Of a stretch of DNA of 64,000 bases, positions 51,069 to 61,549 are shown in pieces (position 1 is the stretch's first letter; each line of letters begins with the position of its first letter). The stretch is taken from contig OZ024740.1 in the NCBI GenBank assembly GCA_964016885.1, positions 55,490,001 through 55,554,000 of the forward strand. Direction: 5' to 3'. Both the position numbers and the translations under genes were made by a program. The notes beneath the pieces are model-generated. The model was not told where the DNA came from. It was given only the letters and a program-made list of their open reading frames with translations, and did not search any database. This DNA is from Eledone cirrhosa. Its lineage: Eukaryota.

Positions 51069-51542
51069 GACACTTTCCTCTTCGGCGATCTCTAATTATC
51101 TTTTTCAAGTTTCACTTGAAGAGGAAAATCAGGGGGGGGGGGGGGGGGGCAATGCTCCCTTCTAGCAAGTTTGTTGAAAGGTGGGTGAATGTAGCGAGAA
51201 TGGTCCGAGTGAACGGGACCGCTCTGAATATACGCCTGTAGTTTGAGAAATGGAAAAATTGCGACAGGGCGCTTGCCCTGATGGTCAGGATGGCCGTGAT
51301 CTTTTGTGTGGTTTTCGCCACGAGTAACCCTCGGAGGTTTCCCCCCTATTGGAGAATTTTTCATTGTTTCAATTTTCATTTTTATTGTTTATATATATAT
51401 ATGTTTCTATGTCTTCTTTTCTTTTCTTATATAAATAATTAAAAATTTTACACGCACAAAACCAACATCGTATCGTCCTGTACCGTCCTGTGCCGTCTGT
51501 AATGTTTTTTCTTGATGTCAGCCCTTGTGGCCAATAAAGAAA
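51069..51542 (+). mobile_element. 3' fragment of family B Tx1-like LINE (copy 8), opposite orientation
   Basis: Reverse complement of 26639-~27090; ends CTTGTGGCCAATAAAGAAA followed by TTA repeats. Confidence 0.9.
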
Positions 51543-51557
51543 TTATTATGATTATTA

Positions 51558-52263
51558 CAGTTGCATTTATCTTGCTTTACGTTCATACGAGTTATCACCA
51601 AGTCACAACCAGTGACCTCAAGAGACAACAAGGTCCGCCATGTTCAAAACCTACATACACATCCATGCATCTTCAGGTGTTTAGACTTGTGATGTACTTA
51701 TATTGACAGAATCTTCCTGAGTATATGGGCAGTTCCCATTAGTTCTATCTTTTGTATCTCTCCTATACGCGGGTTTCCTGGGATTTGCGATAAGTAATCA
51801 TTACTCACACATGTTTCATTTTCCCTTTGCTGACGTTGTGCTAATTGCTTAATCTGATCAATTTCTATATCAGTTCGTAAATTTTTTTAACAATATTTCT
51901 TCGTATATTGGCTAGTATGTTTCTGTCAATATAGCCTCTGTTTTCGGGATGTTTCTTTTTCCAGTTGATATATGTCTGTATTTGATGAGTAGTACATGGC
52001 AGTGTAGAAAGCCTCAAGGACTTCTTTATTGTCTTCCCTTGATAATTTTTCTCTCTTTTTCTTTGGATTTCTTGGTGATGAGCACGGAGGGCCAACAGTA
52101 GGAGTATTCCAGTTAGGAGTGGTCTTCAGCTCCGAATTGATGGGAAGGTTTGAACCATCAGCTGATTTTTCGACCCCAGTCTGGTTCCTCTCTGAGGCAC
52201 GCGGCCCTTTTTGACCCGGGTGACGGCCGGTCCGGTATGAGATTTTATCATTTAACATTGTAC
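51558..52263 (-). mobile_element. R4/Dong-like LINE, ~700 bp internally deleted copy
   Basis: 3'UTR and ORF end match the neighbouring R4-like copies; fused at ~51805 to an N-terminal-like region (VLEAFY..ILANIRRNIVK); TTA runs both sides. Confidence 0.75.
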
Positions 52264-52275
52264 TTATTATTATTA

Positions 52276-53835
52276 CAGTTGCATTTATCTTGCTTTATGT
52301 TCATACGAGTTATCACCAAGTCACAACCAGTGACCTCAAGAGACAACAAGGTCCGCCATGTTCAAGAAAGAAAATACATATTCACACATGCATCTTTAGT
52401 GTTTAGACTTGTGATGTACTTATATTGACAGAATCTTCCTTAGTATATGGACAGTTCCCATTAGTACTATCTTTTGTATTTCTCCTATACGCGGGTTTCC
52501 TGGGATTTGCGATAAGTTTTCATTAGACCCCTTAGGTATCATTCCCAGAGCGCCTACAACCACTGGTATTGTTTTAGTTCTCAATTTCCACATTTTTCCA
52601 ATTTCTCTCTCCAGGTCCTTATACTTGCTCAATTTTTCAAATGTTTTTATAGATACATTCTTGTCTATTGGAACAGACATATCAATTAGCAGGCATACCC
52701 TCTTTTGAAAGTCCTTCAATATTATATCAGGTCTATTTGCATCTATTTTTCGGTCCGTTTGGATGCTAAAGTTCCACAAGATTGAGATGTGATCTTTTTC
52801 AAGTATGGGAGGTGGTTGATGCTCCCACCAATTCTTTTGATGGGGCAGGTCAAAATGCTTACACATTATCCAATGTATGTATTGTGCAGCTCTGCCATGC
52901 CTGTTTAGGTATTCGGTTGGAGCTATAGGACTGCACATTGAAATTATATGGTCAATGGTCTCTGGTTGTTTTTTGCATACACGGCATAATGGGCTGCACC
53001 CATTTTTTATTATGTTGGCTTGGTAATCGTTTGTTGGCAGACACTGATCTTGTGCCGATATAATCAGTCCTTCAGTCTCCGATTTCAGTCCAGAGGATGC
53101 CAACCACTGATGGGTTAAAGTTTTGTCAACATCAGGATTGTTAGCTCGCTCTGGGTATTTTCCATACAGAGACTTTTCTTGCCATTTCTTAGCCAGTTTC
53201 TGTAGCAGTTCTTTCTTTGCAGTTACTTTTACCTGCTTTGCTTTTTCTGTGTTTTCCATTTCAGCAGTAAATGGGACTTCTGAAATGTGTAGTCCATTAC
53301 TGTATCTTTGTGCATCTTTTGTAATGGAATATGATCTTTTGATGCTTTCGCGTTTCAAAACGAGTTTGATCATCCAATCATGTGATTCCCTTAGATATGT
53401 AGATAATCCAATTGTTGCAGTTTTCAACGCAATCTCTAACTGGATTAACCCACGTCCTCCTTCTTTCCTAGGGAGATATATTCTATCTATATCTGCCTTA
53501 GGGTGATGCATTCTGTGCATGGTTAAGAATTTTCGAATTTTTGTATCGAGCCTACGGATCTCTGTGCTTGACCAGTTGATGACATTGTAACTGTAGGTTA
53601 CTACTGGTATGGCAAGCGTGTTTATGGCATCGATCCTATTCCTTGCATTCAATTCCGTTCTTAAGATTGCTCTTACTCTGCGGTAACATTCCTTCCTTAT
53701 CCTTTCCCTCATTGTCGAGTGCTTGATTCCGTCTCCTTCACAAACACCTAGATATTTGTAAGTTTTTTCTTGATCAAGTTCTCTTATCACGTTCCTCCGA
53801 TCAAGATTAATGTCTGAACTCTTCAGCAGCTTTCC

Positions 53836-53837
<2 letters not shown>
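52276..53837 (-). mobile_element. R4/Dong-like non-LTR retrotransposon, 5'-truncated (RT thumb, CCHC, restriction-like endonuclease)
   Basis: YKYLG, EGGRGL, CRVCKKQPETIDHIISMC, RPDI..LIDMSVP..KLSKY; sense-strand (TAA)n tail. Confidence 0.88.
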
Positions 53838-53923
<86 letters not shown>

Positions 53924-53924
<1 letters not shown>

Positions 53925-55483
53925 AGTTGTATTTATCTTGCTTTATGTTCATACGAGTTATCACCAAGTCGCAACCAGTGACCTCAAGAGACAACAAGGT
54001 CAACCATGTTCAAGAAAGAACATTCATACTCACACATGCATCTTTAGTGTTTAGACTTGTGATGTACTTATATTGACAGAATCTTCCTTAGTATATGGGC
54101 AGTTCCCATTAGTACTATCTTTTGTATTTCTCCTATACGCAGGTTTCCTGGGATTTGCGATAAGTAATCATTAGACCCCTTAGGTATCATTCCCAGAGCG
54201 CCTACAACCACTGGTATAGTTTTAGTTCTCAATTTCCACATTTTTCCAATTTCTATCTCCAGGTCCTTATACTTGCTCAATTTTTCAAATGTTTTTATAG
54301 ATACATTCTTGTCTATTGGAACAGACATATCAATTAGCAGGCATACCCTCTTTTGAAAGTCCTTCAATATTATATCAGGTCTATTTGCATCTATTTTTCG
54401 GTCTGTTTGGATGCTAAAGTTCCACAAAATTGAGATGTGATCTTTTTCAAGTATGGGAGGTGGTTGATGCTCCCACCAATTCTTTTGATGGGGCAGGTCA
54501 AAATGCTTACACATTATCCAATGTATGTATTGTGAAGCTCTGTCATGCTTGTTTAGGTATTCGGTTTGAGCTATAGGACTGAACATTGAAATTATATGGT
54601 CAATGGTCTCTGGTTGTTTTTTGCATACACGGCATAATGGGCTGCATCCATTTTTTATTATGTTGGCTTGGTAATTTTTTGTTGGCAGACACTGATTTTG
54701 TGGTGATATAATCAGTCCTTCAGTCTCCGATTTCAGTCCAGAGGATGCCAACCACTGATGGGTTAAAGTTTTGTCAACATCAGGATTGTTAGCTCGCTCT
54801 GGGTATTTTCCATACAGAGACTTTTCTTGCCATTTCTTAGCCAGTTTCTGTTGCAGTTCTTTCTTTGCAGTTACTTTTTCCTGCTTTGCTTTTTCTGTGT
54901 TTTCCATTTCAGCAGTAAATGGGACTTCTGAAATTTGTAGTCCATTACTGTATCTTTGTGCATCTTTTGTAATGGAATATGATCTTTTGATGCTTTCGTG
55001 TTTCAAAACGAGTTTGATCATCCAATCATGTGATTCCCTTAGATATGTAGATAATCCAATTGTTGCAGTTTTCAACGCAATCTCTAACTGGATTCACCCA
55101 CGTCCTCCTTCTTTCCTAGGGAGATATATTCTATCTATATCTGCCTTAGGGTGATGCATTCTGTGCATGGTTAAGAATTTTCGAATTTTTGTATCGAGTC
55201 TACGGATCTCTGTGCTTGACCAGTTGATGACATTGTAACTGTAGGTTACTACTGGTATGGCAAGCGTGTTTATGGCATCGATCCTATTCCTTGCATTCAA
55301 TTCCGTTCTTAAGATTGCTCTTACTCTGCGGTAACATTCCTTCCTTATCCTTTCCCTCATTGTCGAGTGCTTGATTCCGTCTCCTTCACAAACACCTAGA
55401 TATTTGTAAGTTTTTTCTTGATCAAGTTCTCTTATCACGTTCCTCCGATCAAGATTAATGTCTGAACTCTTCAGCAGCTTTCC

Positions 55484-55485
<2 letters not shown>
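53924..55485 (-). mobile_element. R4/Dong-like non-LTR retrotransposon, second 5'-truncated copy with the same breakpoint
   Basis: Highly similar to 52276-53837; both start AAAGGAAAGCTG (KGKL); in-frame stop near 55094. Confidence 0.88.
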
Positions 55486-55519
<34 letters not shown>

Positions 55520-55618
55520 GAATGCCATGGTTGACGGAGGCTCGGCTCTGTAAGGTATAGTAATTTTTAACCGTTAAAACAATTGTAAATTGTTTAAAAC
55601 TTGAACCAAATTGTTGAT

Positions 55619-55685
55619 AAAGACACCCTCCTCCTCGTGAGAGGGGTCTTTCTGTCCGTTATTTGGCCCTTCGGGGTTAAATAAC
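55619..55685 (+). promoter_or_regulatory. Tandem 5'UTR stem-loops with GNRA (GUGA) and cUUCGg tetraloops
   Basis: AAAGAC..CTC-GTGA-GAG..GTCTTT and GTTATTTGGCCC-TTCG-GGGTTAAATAAC. Confidence 0.6.
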
Positions 55686-55735
55686 CAGTTATTGGGGTTT
55701 TGTACCCAAAATTTCATTTTAAACAAAAAAACAAC

Positions 55736-57833
55736 ATGGCTACGAAAAAGAAATTTCATACGTCACTCCCACTCATTCCGTCTTCTTCTTCCTCAATCAT
55801 CACTACACCAGAGAGAAGATTGTCTCTCTCCCTCCCTTCTTTAAATGTGTCTCTCTCCCTCCCTTCTCTTTCGCAAGTGACGAAAGAAAAGAAAAGTCTC
55901 GTGCAAAGCGTGCAAGGTTTCTCCACGACGACGACGACAGCGACGAAACAGGTGTGCGGGAAATACGAAAACCCAGTTCATTCGTCTGACGTCAGGAATA
56001 ATAGCAGTAGCAGCCGTAATAACAACAGCAACAGTGACAATGAAAACAACAGTAGCAGCCGCAACAGCATCACCAGCAGCATAAACAACAACAGCATTAG
56101 CAGCAGCAACACCAACAACAACCACAGCAACAGCGGCGGAGGCAGTAGTCGTAGTACCTGCAGCAACAACAAAAGTACCAGCAGCTCTGACGACAACAAC
56201 AACAGCAGAGAAAAACCAATCTCATTTGCAGGTATTGCGAAAAACTTGGAAACAATCCTCATAACAAATGAGGAATTAGAGGAAGCGAAGAAGATGGTGA
56301 CAAAGAACGGACACAGAGCAATCTGCAAGGCAGCGAAAAATTTTTTCGAAACCCAAGAGCACTGTACGGTCACGTACCGTACAGTAAGTACAAAATCCCG
56401 TAGGGTGGAAAGAGCCACAGAGGCCCAAATACAAAAAGCCTTGGGGTCTGTGTGGCAGAGGAAAACGCACATCACCCGAGGCAAAAAATACGCCACCGTA
56501 GACGTACTTTTTGCCACACCCCAGGAGGCAAAGGCCCAATCAGTAGTGACCCTAAGGAGCGAGGAAATGGTGTTGATGCCCTCCTACTGCGGGCAAAAAA
56601 TTGTGAGGGTCAAACTGACCCACGTCCCCCCCCGGAATGACCCCTTCTTGGCTGGCTGCGTCTGTCCTCGTCGGAATCGAGGACAAAACAACTGTACTGC
56701 AAGTACAGAAAAAAGTAAGAGAAGATTGGGTCGGCTCCTCCATTGAGATGCTAATCCAAACCAACCAGGAGTGCATCGAAGCTATCCCGGATGTGATAGA
56801 CTTCGATAACGGCACTCAACTGCCCATAAGTGTTGAGGGCAAACGCCCGAAATGCTTTCGCTGTGGATCGAAGACTCACCTCAGGGCCTTCTGCAACGAG
56901 AAGACCCTGAGAAAGGAGAAAACCCCCCTCCTTCCGAATCCGGCTCCACGGCTACCAGCAACAGGACAAGCGGCAACCAGGAACGATAGGTCCGTGGCAC
57001 CCATACCCACTCCACGGAAATCAAAGACAGCAGCAGCAGTGGAAATATTAACAACAACAACAGCAATACCAAATGCAGCTGCAACAGAGACTCCAGTGCA
57101 AACATCACCAACAACAACAAGTGAAAGAGTGGAGCTGGTACCCCTCCCCGACCTTACAGAATCAGACATGGAGTGTGAGGTGGGAGAGGGATGGCAAAAG
57201 GTCGCAAGAAGGCACAAACGCAGAAGCAGCGCATCGTCGCCTTTGAAAAGGGAGGAAAGAAATGAGAAAAGGGTAAAGTCTACTGCAAAGAGACCCACAG
57301 CAGCAACACCACCAACACCATCACCACCCACACCAGCACCACCATCACCACCGGCGACAACCCCACCGCCAACAACACCTTCAACACCACCACCACAAGC
57401 ACCAACATCGCAAACACAACAACAAAACACACACACCCAGCAACAACGACAAGAAAATAGCAGAACCACACCCCACCCCCAGAAAAACAAATGCACGGCA
57501 ATAAACACACACAACAAGAAACTAATGACTTACATAATTGAACACACAGACATTTCACAACAGGACTACATAATACCAGCACCAATCAAAACGCCAACTA
57601 ACATAAGACTGCTAAAAATAGCACAGAAACAATACACAAACATTAAAACGAAATTCCCCAACGCAGTTGGTGATTTCAGGGACCTAGGAGGAACCATCAA
57701 TCGAAGAGTATATTCAGACATTCTCTTAGAAGAGCCGACGACCAGCCGAAGGGACGATTCAACGGTCCCTTCACCAGACGATCAAGTGAAAGGGGATGTA
57801 AAAACCATCCCTCCTCTACAAAAAGTACGGTAA
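55736..57833 (+). pseudogene. ORF1 of copy 9 with one +1 frameshift in a C8 run (56626-56633)
   Basis: Almost identical to the 698-aa ORF1 of copy 5, which has 7 C at this position. Confidence 0.88.
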
Positions 57834-57835
57834 GT
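57828..57835 (+). promoter_or_regulatory. Candidate consensus 5' splice site CG|GTAAGT overlapping the ORF1 stop
   Basis: Perfect GTAAGT, also present in copies 1, 2, 5 and 6 at 39-40 nt before the ORF2 start. Confidence 0.45.
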
Positions 57836-57868
57836 GGTCTTTCCCATCTTTTCCACTCTATTTTAAAC

Positions 57869-60800
57869 ATGACCTCACTCAGAATAGGCAGCATAAATGC
57901 GCGTGGCTTGGGGTCGTCATGGAAGCAGGGTCACCTGCTCAACGACCTCAGGTCACTAAACATAGGTGTAGTGGCCATCAGCGAGACCAGAATCTCCGAA
58001 GCACGGGCTTTCGCACCGATCTTCGGCGGCTACGATGTGTACGCATCTCCCAGCCGTCCTGGATCGGGTGGAGGAGTTGCTGTGCTTTTTCGGAGAGGTT
58101 TGGATCTCGCCATACGGGCCATCTTCCTGGACCCAGAGGGTAAGCTGGTGGTGCTGGACGTGACCAGCGGAGACGGGCAAGCTTTCAGGCTAGTGGCCGT
58201 CTATGCCCCGACAGGAGCAGGGCGGCCTGATTTCTTCCGGCGTCTGGAGACCTTTCTTGGAACGTCCCACTCTTTAGTGTTAGTGGGCGACTGGAACGGG
58301 ATCTTAGATGCACGCTGGGACTGTGTGGGATTAGCGGATAGGGGTGGAGGGTGCAAGAGCCTCACCAACCTGCTCAGGCGTTTTGAACTGTCTGACAGGT
58401 ACCGATTGGATTTCCCAAATGTGCCAATGTGGACTTGGACAAACCGCATAGGGTCATCCAGATCATATCTAGATAGAGTATTTTGTAGGGAAATAGATAG
58501 GTCTAGCATAGGCTGTCCACAATTCAAGATAGTCAGCTACACGGACCACAAATTCGTGACCTGTGTGCTTGACTTAGATAGGCTTCATAGACGAGGACCC
58601 GGCTACTGGAAGCTAAACGCGTCCTTACCAGCGCGCAAGGCCTACAGAGACCGGATTAGCGAACTAGTTAAGCGGGCGTTGACGGGGGCCATCGTCAACA
58701 ACAAGTGGTGGTTTGCTCTGAAAAGAGCGATTAGAATAGAATCGATTAGGTTTAGTAAGGCTTTAGCAATAGAGAAAAATAGAGCAGAGGGAGAACTAGT
58801 TAGAAAATTAGACGAGGCGCTTAGCAAAGGCATTGCGACCGACGTGCTTGCGGCGAAATTGGCCCTTGACCAATTCTTCAATGCAAAGCACGAAGGCTGC
58901 GTTGTCAGAGCTAGGGTGCGTGCTCTCAGACACGAGGGGACGAAAGCCGTTCAATGGGCCCGAGTGGCGGAGGCGCGTCGTGGCAACAAAGCCACGATCC
59001 GGTCTTTGGTGGACCACAACGGGCGCATGCTACTCGATCCCGGGCAAATGTGTGAAGCTTTTCAGCGACACTTCGCTCAGCTGTTCGGGGGCAGCGGGGG
59101 GCCGGGTAGAGGGATGGACTTTAGTGTCTACCTCGACGGACTGCCGCGGCTCTCGGCCACTGAGGCGAAGTGTTGCGAAAAGCCGATAACAGCCGCTGAA
59201 GTACGGGAGGCAATGACTGGCTGCACAAGGGGTAAATCGCCTGGTTTGGATGGTCTGCCCTATGAACTTTACGTACAGATGCCAGACTTGTTCGGAGGCC
59301 TCTTGGCGGACGTCTACTGCAACTGGCAACAGAACGGGAGAATTCCCAGTTCTGTGAGCCGAGGAGCGGTGGCACTGCTGAGAAAGGATCCGAACAAGGG
59401 GGATAACATAGACAATTTCCGGCCCATAACTCTGCTAAACACAGAGTTTAAGATTTTGGCCAAGGTGCTAGCAAAGAGGTTGGCGCTTGTCGTTGGTGGT
59501 CTGGTGGGAGAGGCGCAGACATGCGCCATTCCCGACAGATCCATCCACGACAACCTCCACCTCATGCGATACATCGTAGAGAGGGTAGCTAGGGAACCTG
59601 GCACGGGTGGGTCCTTGATCAATTTAGATCAGTCGAAAGCTTTCGATAGGGTCGACCATCGTTACCTAGCGGCAGTCCTGAGGGCGGCTGGCTTGGGGCC
59701 CGTCTTCAGAGGCTGGATCGCTGCCATGCACAGCGACATCTGCTCTGTAGTGAGAGTGAACGGTCACCTGTCGGAACCGTTCAACATCATGCGCTCGGTC
59801 CGCCAAGGATGTCCCCTCTCGTCCCTCTTGTACGTATTGACTCTCGAGCCATTACTGCACAAACTGGAGACGTTGAGGGGAGTCCCGCGCGAACTAGGAT
59901 GCGGAAGATCCGTGTCAGCATATGCGGACGATGTCACCGTAGTGGTGTCGAACGCCAAACACATCGAGGCGATCGGCACTACACTAAGAGAATACGAAGC
60001 GGTGACAGGAGCAATGATCAACCAGCAAAAGTCAGTGGGCCTGCAGCTCGGCACCTGGAGAGGCAGGTCCATGCCGTCCAACAGCGTCGTCGGGCGCTGG
60101 ACGGACGGACCGGTTAAATTGCTAGGGGTCTGGTTCGGTCCGGACCTCCAGACGGACAAAAACTGGGACGAGGTGACGAGCAGGGTGGCTTCTCTCACCC
60201 AGAAATGGGCGGAGAGGAAGCTATCCCTGAAAGGTCGAGCGGAGGTGGCTAACGCGTACATCGCGTCTGTCATCTGCTACCGCCTAACCGTCGTACCTTG
60301 TCCTAAGCCTCGCCTGACTGCGCTGGAGCGTTTGCTCTTTCGCTTTTTGTGGAAGGGACGTGCTCCGATGGTCAGGCGGTCCATCTGTTGTCAACACCCG
60401 CTACGTGGAGGGCTGGGCATGCCGTGGCTGATGATGCGCAGGCACGCGCTCAGGCTACGACATCTCCACCTCTTCCTCGACGGTGATCAGGTGTGGTCGC
60501 CGTTTGCTAGACGCGTTTTTCCCCAGCTCGTTTCCTTGACGGAGCTGCAGTCCTGGGTCAAGCGAAGACCGAGAGGGAGCGCCTGGAGACTGGAATGTCT
60601 TCAGGCGCTCACAGCCCTCGACCAATCGGGCAATGTGATCGGTGGAAACTCCACCTCGGCGTTCTATAGAGGATTAGTGGAGGGGAAGAGCGACGACGTA
60701 CTTGGGGAAACTCTAGGCGTCGACGAAAATCAACTAGCCAATCTCTTCGGAAGAACTTTCGGGCCAGGGCCTATGGACAACTTCCAGAAATCTCTGGCCT

Positions 60801-61288
60801 GGCAGTGCTACCGAGGAGCCTTGCCAGTTCGGGATAAACTCTACAGGCATGGAGGTGCCGTCAGCCGGGCATGTCCGAGATGCGCGCAGGGCGACGAAAC
60901 CGTCCTGCACGCACTCGTCCAGTGTCCGAAAATTGCTGACTTGTGGGTTTATGTCGAACACCTGCTGTCGCGTTTAGGACGGATCCAGCTATCATCTGAG
61001 TCTATCGTGAGGATTGCCCCGCCCTCCTCCTTTAGCCGGGAAGGGCAGGCAGTTTTTATCTGTCTGGTGGCCATGGCGAAAGAGATAGTATGGTGGACAC
61101 GTTTGAAAGGGCTGAAGACGAGCACTGACCTCTTCGGTGATGCTCTGATTGACTTTTTCAAATTTCATTTGAAAAGGAAAATCAGAGTAGAGAAGGAAGT
61201 GCTCTCTTCCCAGCATTTTGTTGAAAGATGGGTGAGAGAAGCAAGAATGGCCCGAGTGAATGGGCCGACTCTGAGTATATATCTGTAA
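57869..61288 (+). CDS. ORF2p, 1139 aa: APE endonuclease, reverse transcriptase, C-terminal Zn-binding domain (L1/Tx1 clade)
   Basis: SINARGL, ISET, GDWN, YLDR, TDH; KSPGLDG, FRPITLLN, LDQSKAFDRV, RQGCPLS, YADD; CPRC..ETVLHALVQC. Confidence 0.96.
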   Translation: MTSLRIGSINARGLGSSWKQGHLLNDLRSLNIGVVAISETRISEARAFAPIFGGYDVYASPSRPGSGGGVAVLFRRGLDLAIRAIFLDPEGKLVVLDVTSGDGQAFRLVAVYAPTGAGRPDFFRRLETFLGTSHSLVLVGDWNGILDARWDCVGLADRGGGCKSLTNLLRRFELSDRYRLDFPNVPMWTWTNRIGSSRSYLDRVFCREIDRSSIGCPQFKIVSYTDHKFVTCVLDLDRLHRRGPGYWKLNASLPARKAYRDRISELVKRALTGAIVNNKWWFALKRAIRIESIRFSKALAIEKNRAEGELVRKLDEALSKGIATDVLAAKLALDQFFNAKHEGCVVRARVRALRHEGTKAVQWARVAEARRGNKATIRSLVDHNGRMLLDPGQMCEAFQRHFAQLFGGSGGPGRGMDFSVYLDGLPRLSATEAKCCEKPITAAEVREAMTGCTRGKSPGLDGLPYELYVQMPDLFGGLLADVYCNWQQNGRIPSSVSRGAVALLRKDPNKGDNIDNFRPITLLNTEFKILAKVLAKRLALVVGGLVGEAQTCAIPDRSIHDNLHLMRYIVERVAREPGTGGSLINLDQSKAFDRVDHRYLAAVLRAAGLGPVFRGWIAAMHSDICSVVRVNGHLSEPFNIMRSVRQGCPLSSLLYVLTLEPLLHKLETLRGVPRELGCGRSVSAYADDVTVVVSNAKHIEAIGTTLREYEAVTGAMINQQKSVGLQLGTWRGRSMPSNSVVGRWTDGPVKLLGVWFGPDLQTDKNWDEVTSRVASLTQKWAERKLSLKGRAEVANAYIASVICYRLTVVPCPKPRLTALERLLFRFLWKGRAPMVRRSICCQHPLRGGLGMPWLMMRRHALRLRHLHLFLDGDQVWSPFARRVFPQLVSLTELQSWVKRRPRGSAWRLECLQALTALDQSGNVIGGNSTSAFYRGLVEGKSDDVLGETLGVDENQLANLFGRTFGPGPMDNFQKSLAWQCYRGALPVRDKLYRHGGAVSRACPRCAQGDETVLHALVQCPKIADLWVYVEHLLSRLGRIQLSSESIVRIAPPSSFSREGQAVFICLVAMAKEIVWWTRLKGLKTSTDLFGDALIDFFKFHLKRKIRVEKEVLSSQHFVERWVREARMARVNGPTLSIYL

Positions 61289-61547
61289 ACTAAAGGTGGA
61301 AAACTGGGAGAGGGCACTTGCCTTGGTGGTCAGGGTCATTGTGGCTTTTTACTGGGCTTTCTCCACAAATGTCCCTCCGAAGTCTCCCCCTATTGGGGAA
61401 TTTTTCATTGTTATTTTCATTGTTATTTTTGTTACATCCTCTGTTTTTGTTTTTTTACACGCAGAAATGCCCATTTGTACCGTCCTGCATTGTCCTGCAC
61501 TGTCCTTAATGTCTACTTTATGTAAACCCTTGTGGTTAATAAAGAAA

Positions 61548-61549
<2 letters not shown>

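Larger units (their letters stand above)
55520..61549 (+). mobile_element. L1/Tx1-clade LINE copy 9 (family A), full length ~6.0 kb, ORF2 intact
   Basis: 5'UTR, ORF1, 35-nt spacer, ORF2, 3'UTR with AATAAA; (TTA)n both sides. Confidence 0.96.

Noticed and set aside
53838-54003. Poly-Asn N-terminal extension of the 527-aa ORF
   Set aside because: Read-through from the neighbouring 3'UTR across the (AAT)n spacer.
55551-55560. AAG|GTATAG possible donor in the 5'UTR
   Set aside because: Weak match and not conserved across subfamilies.
58201-61339. Recurrent antisense ORFs within ORF2 (e.g. 108 aa and 169 aa)
   Set aside because: They recur only because the copies are near-identical; shadow frames with no independent support.
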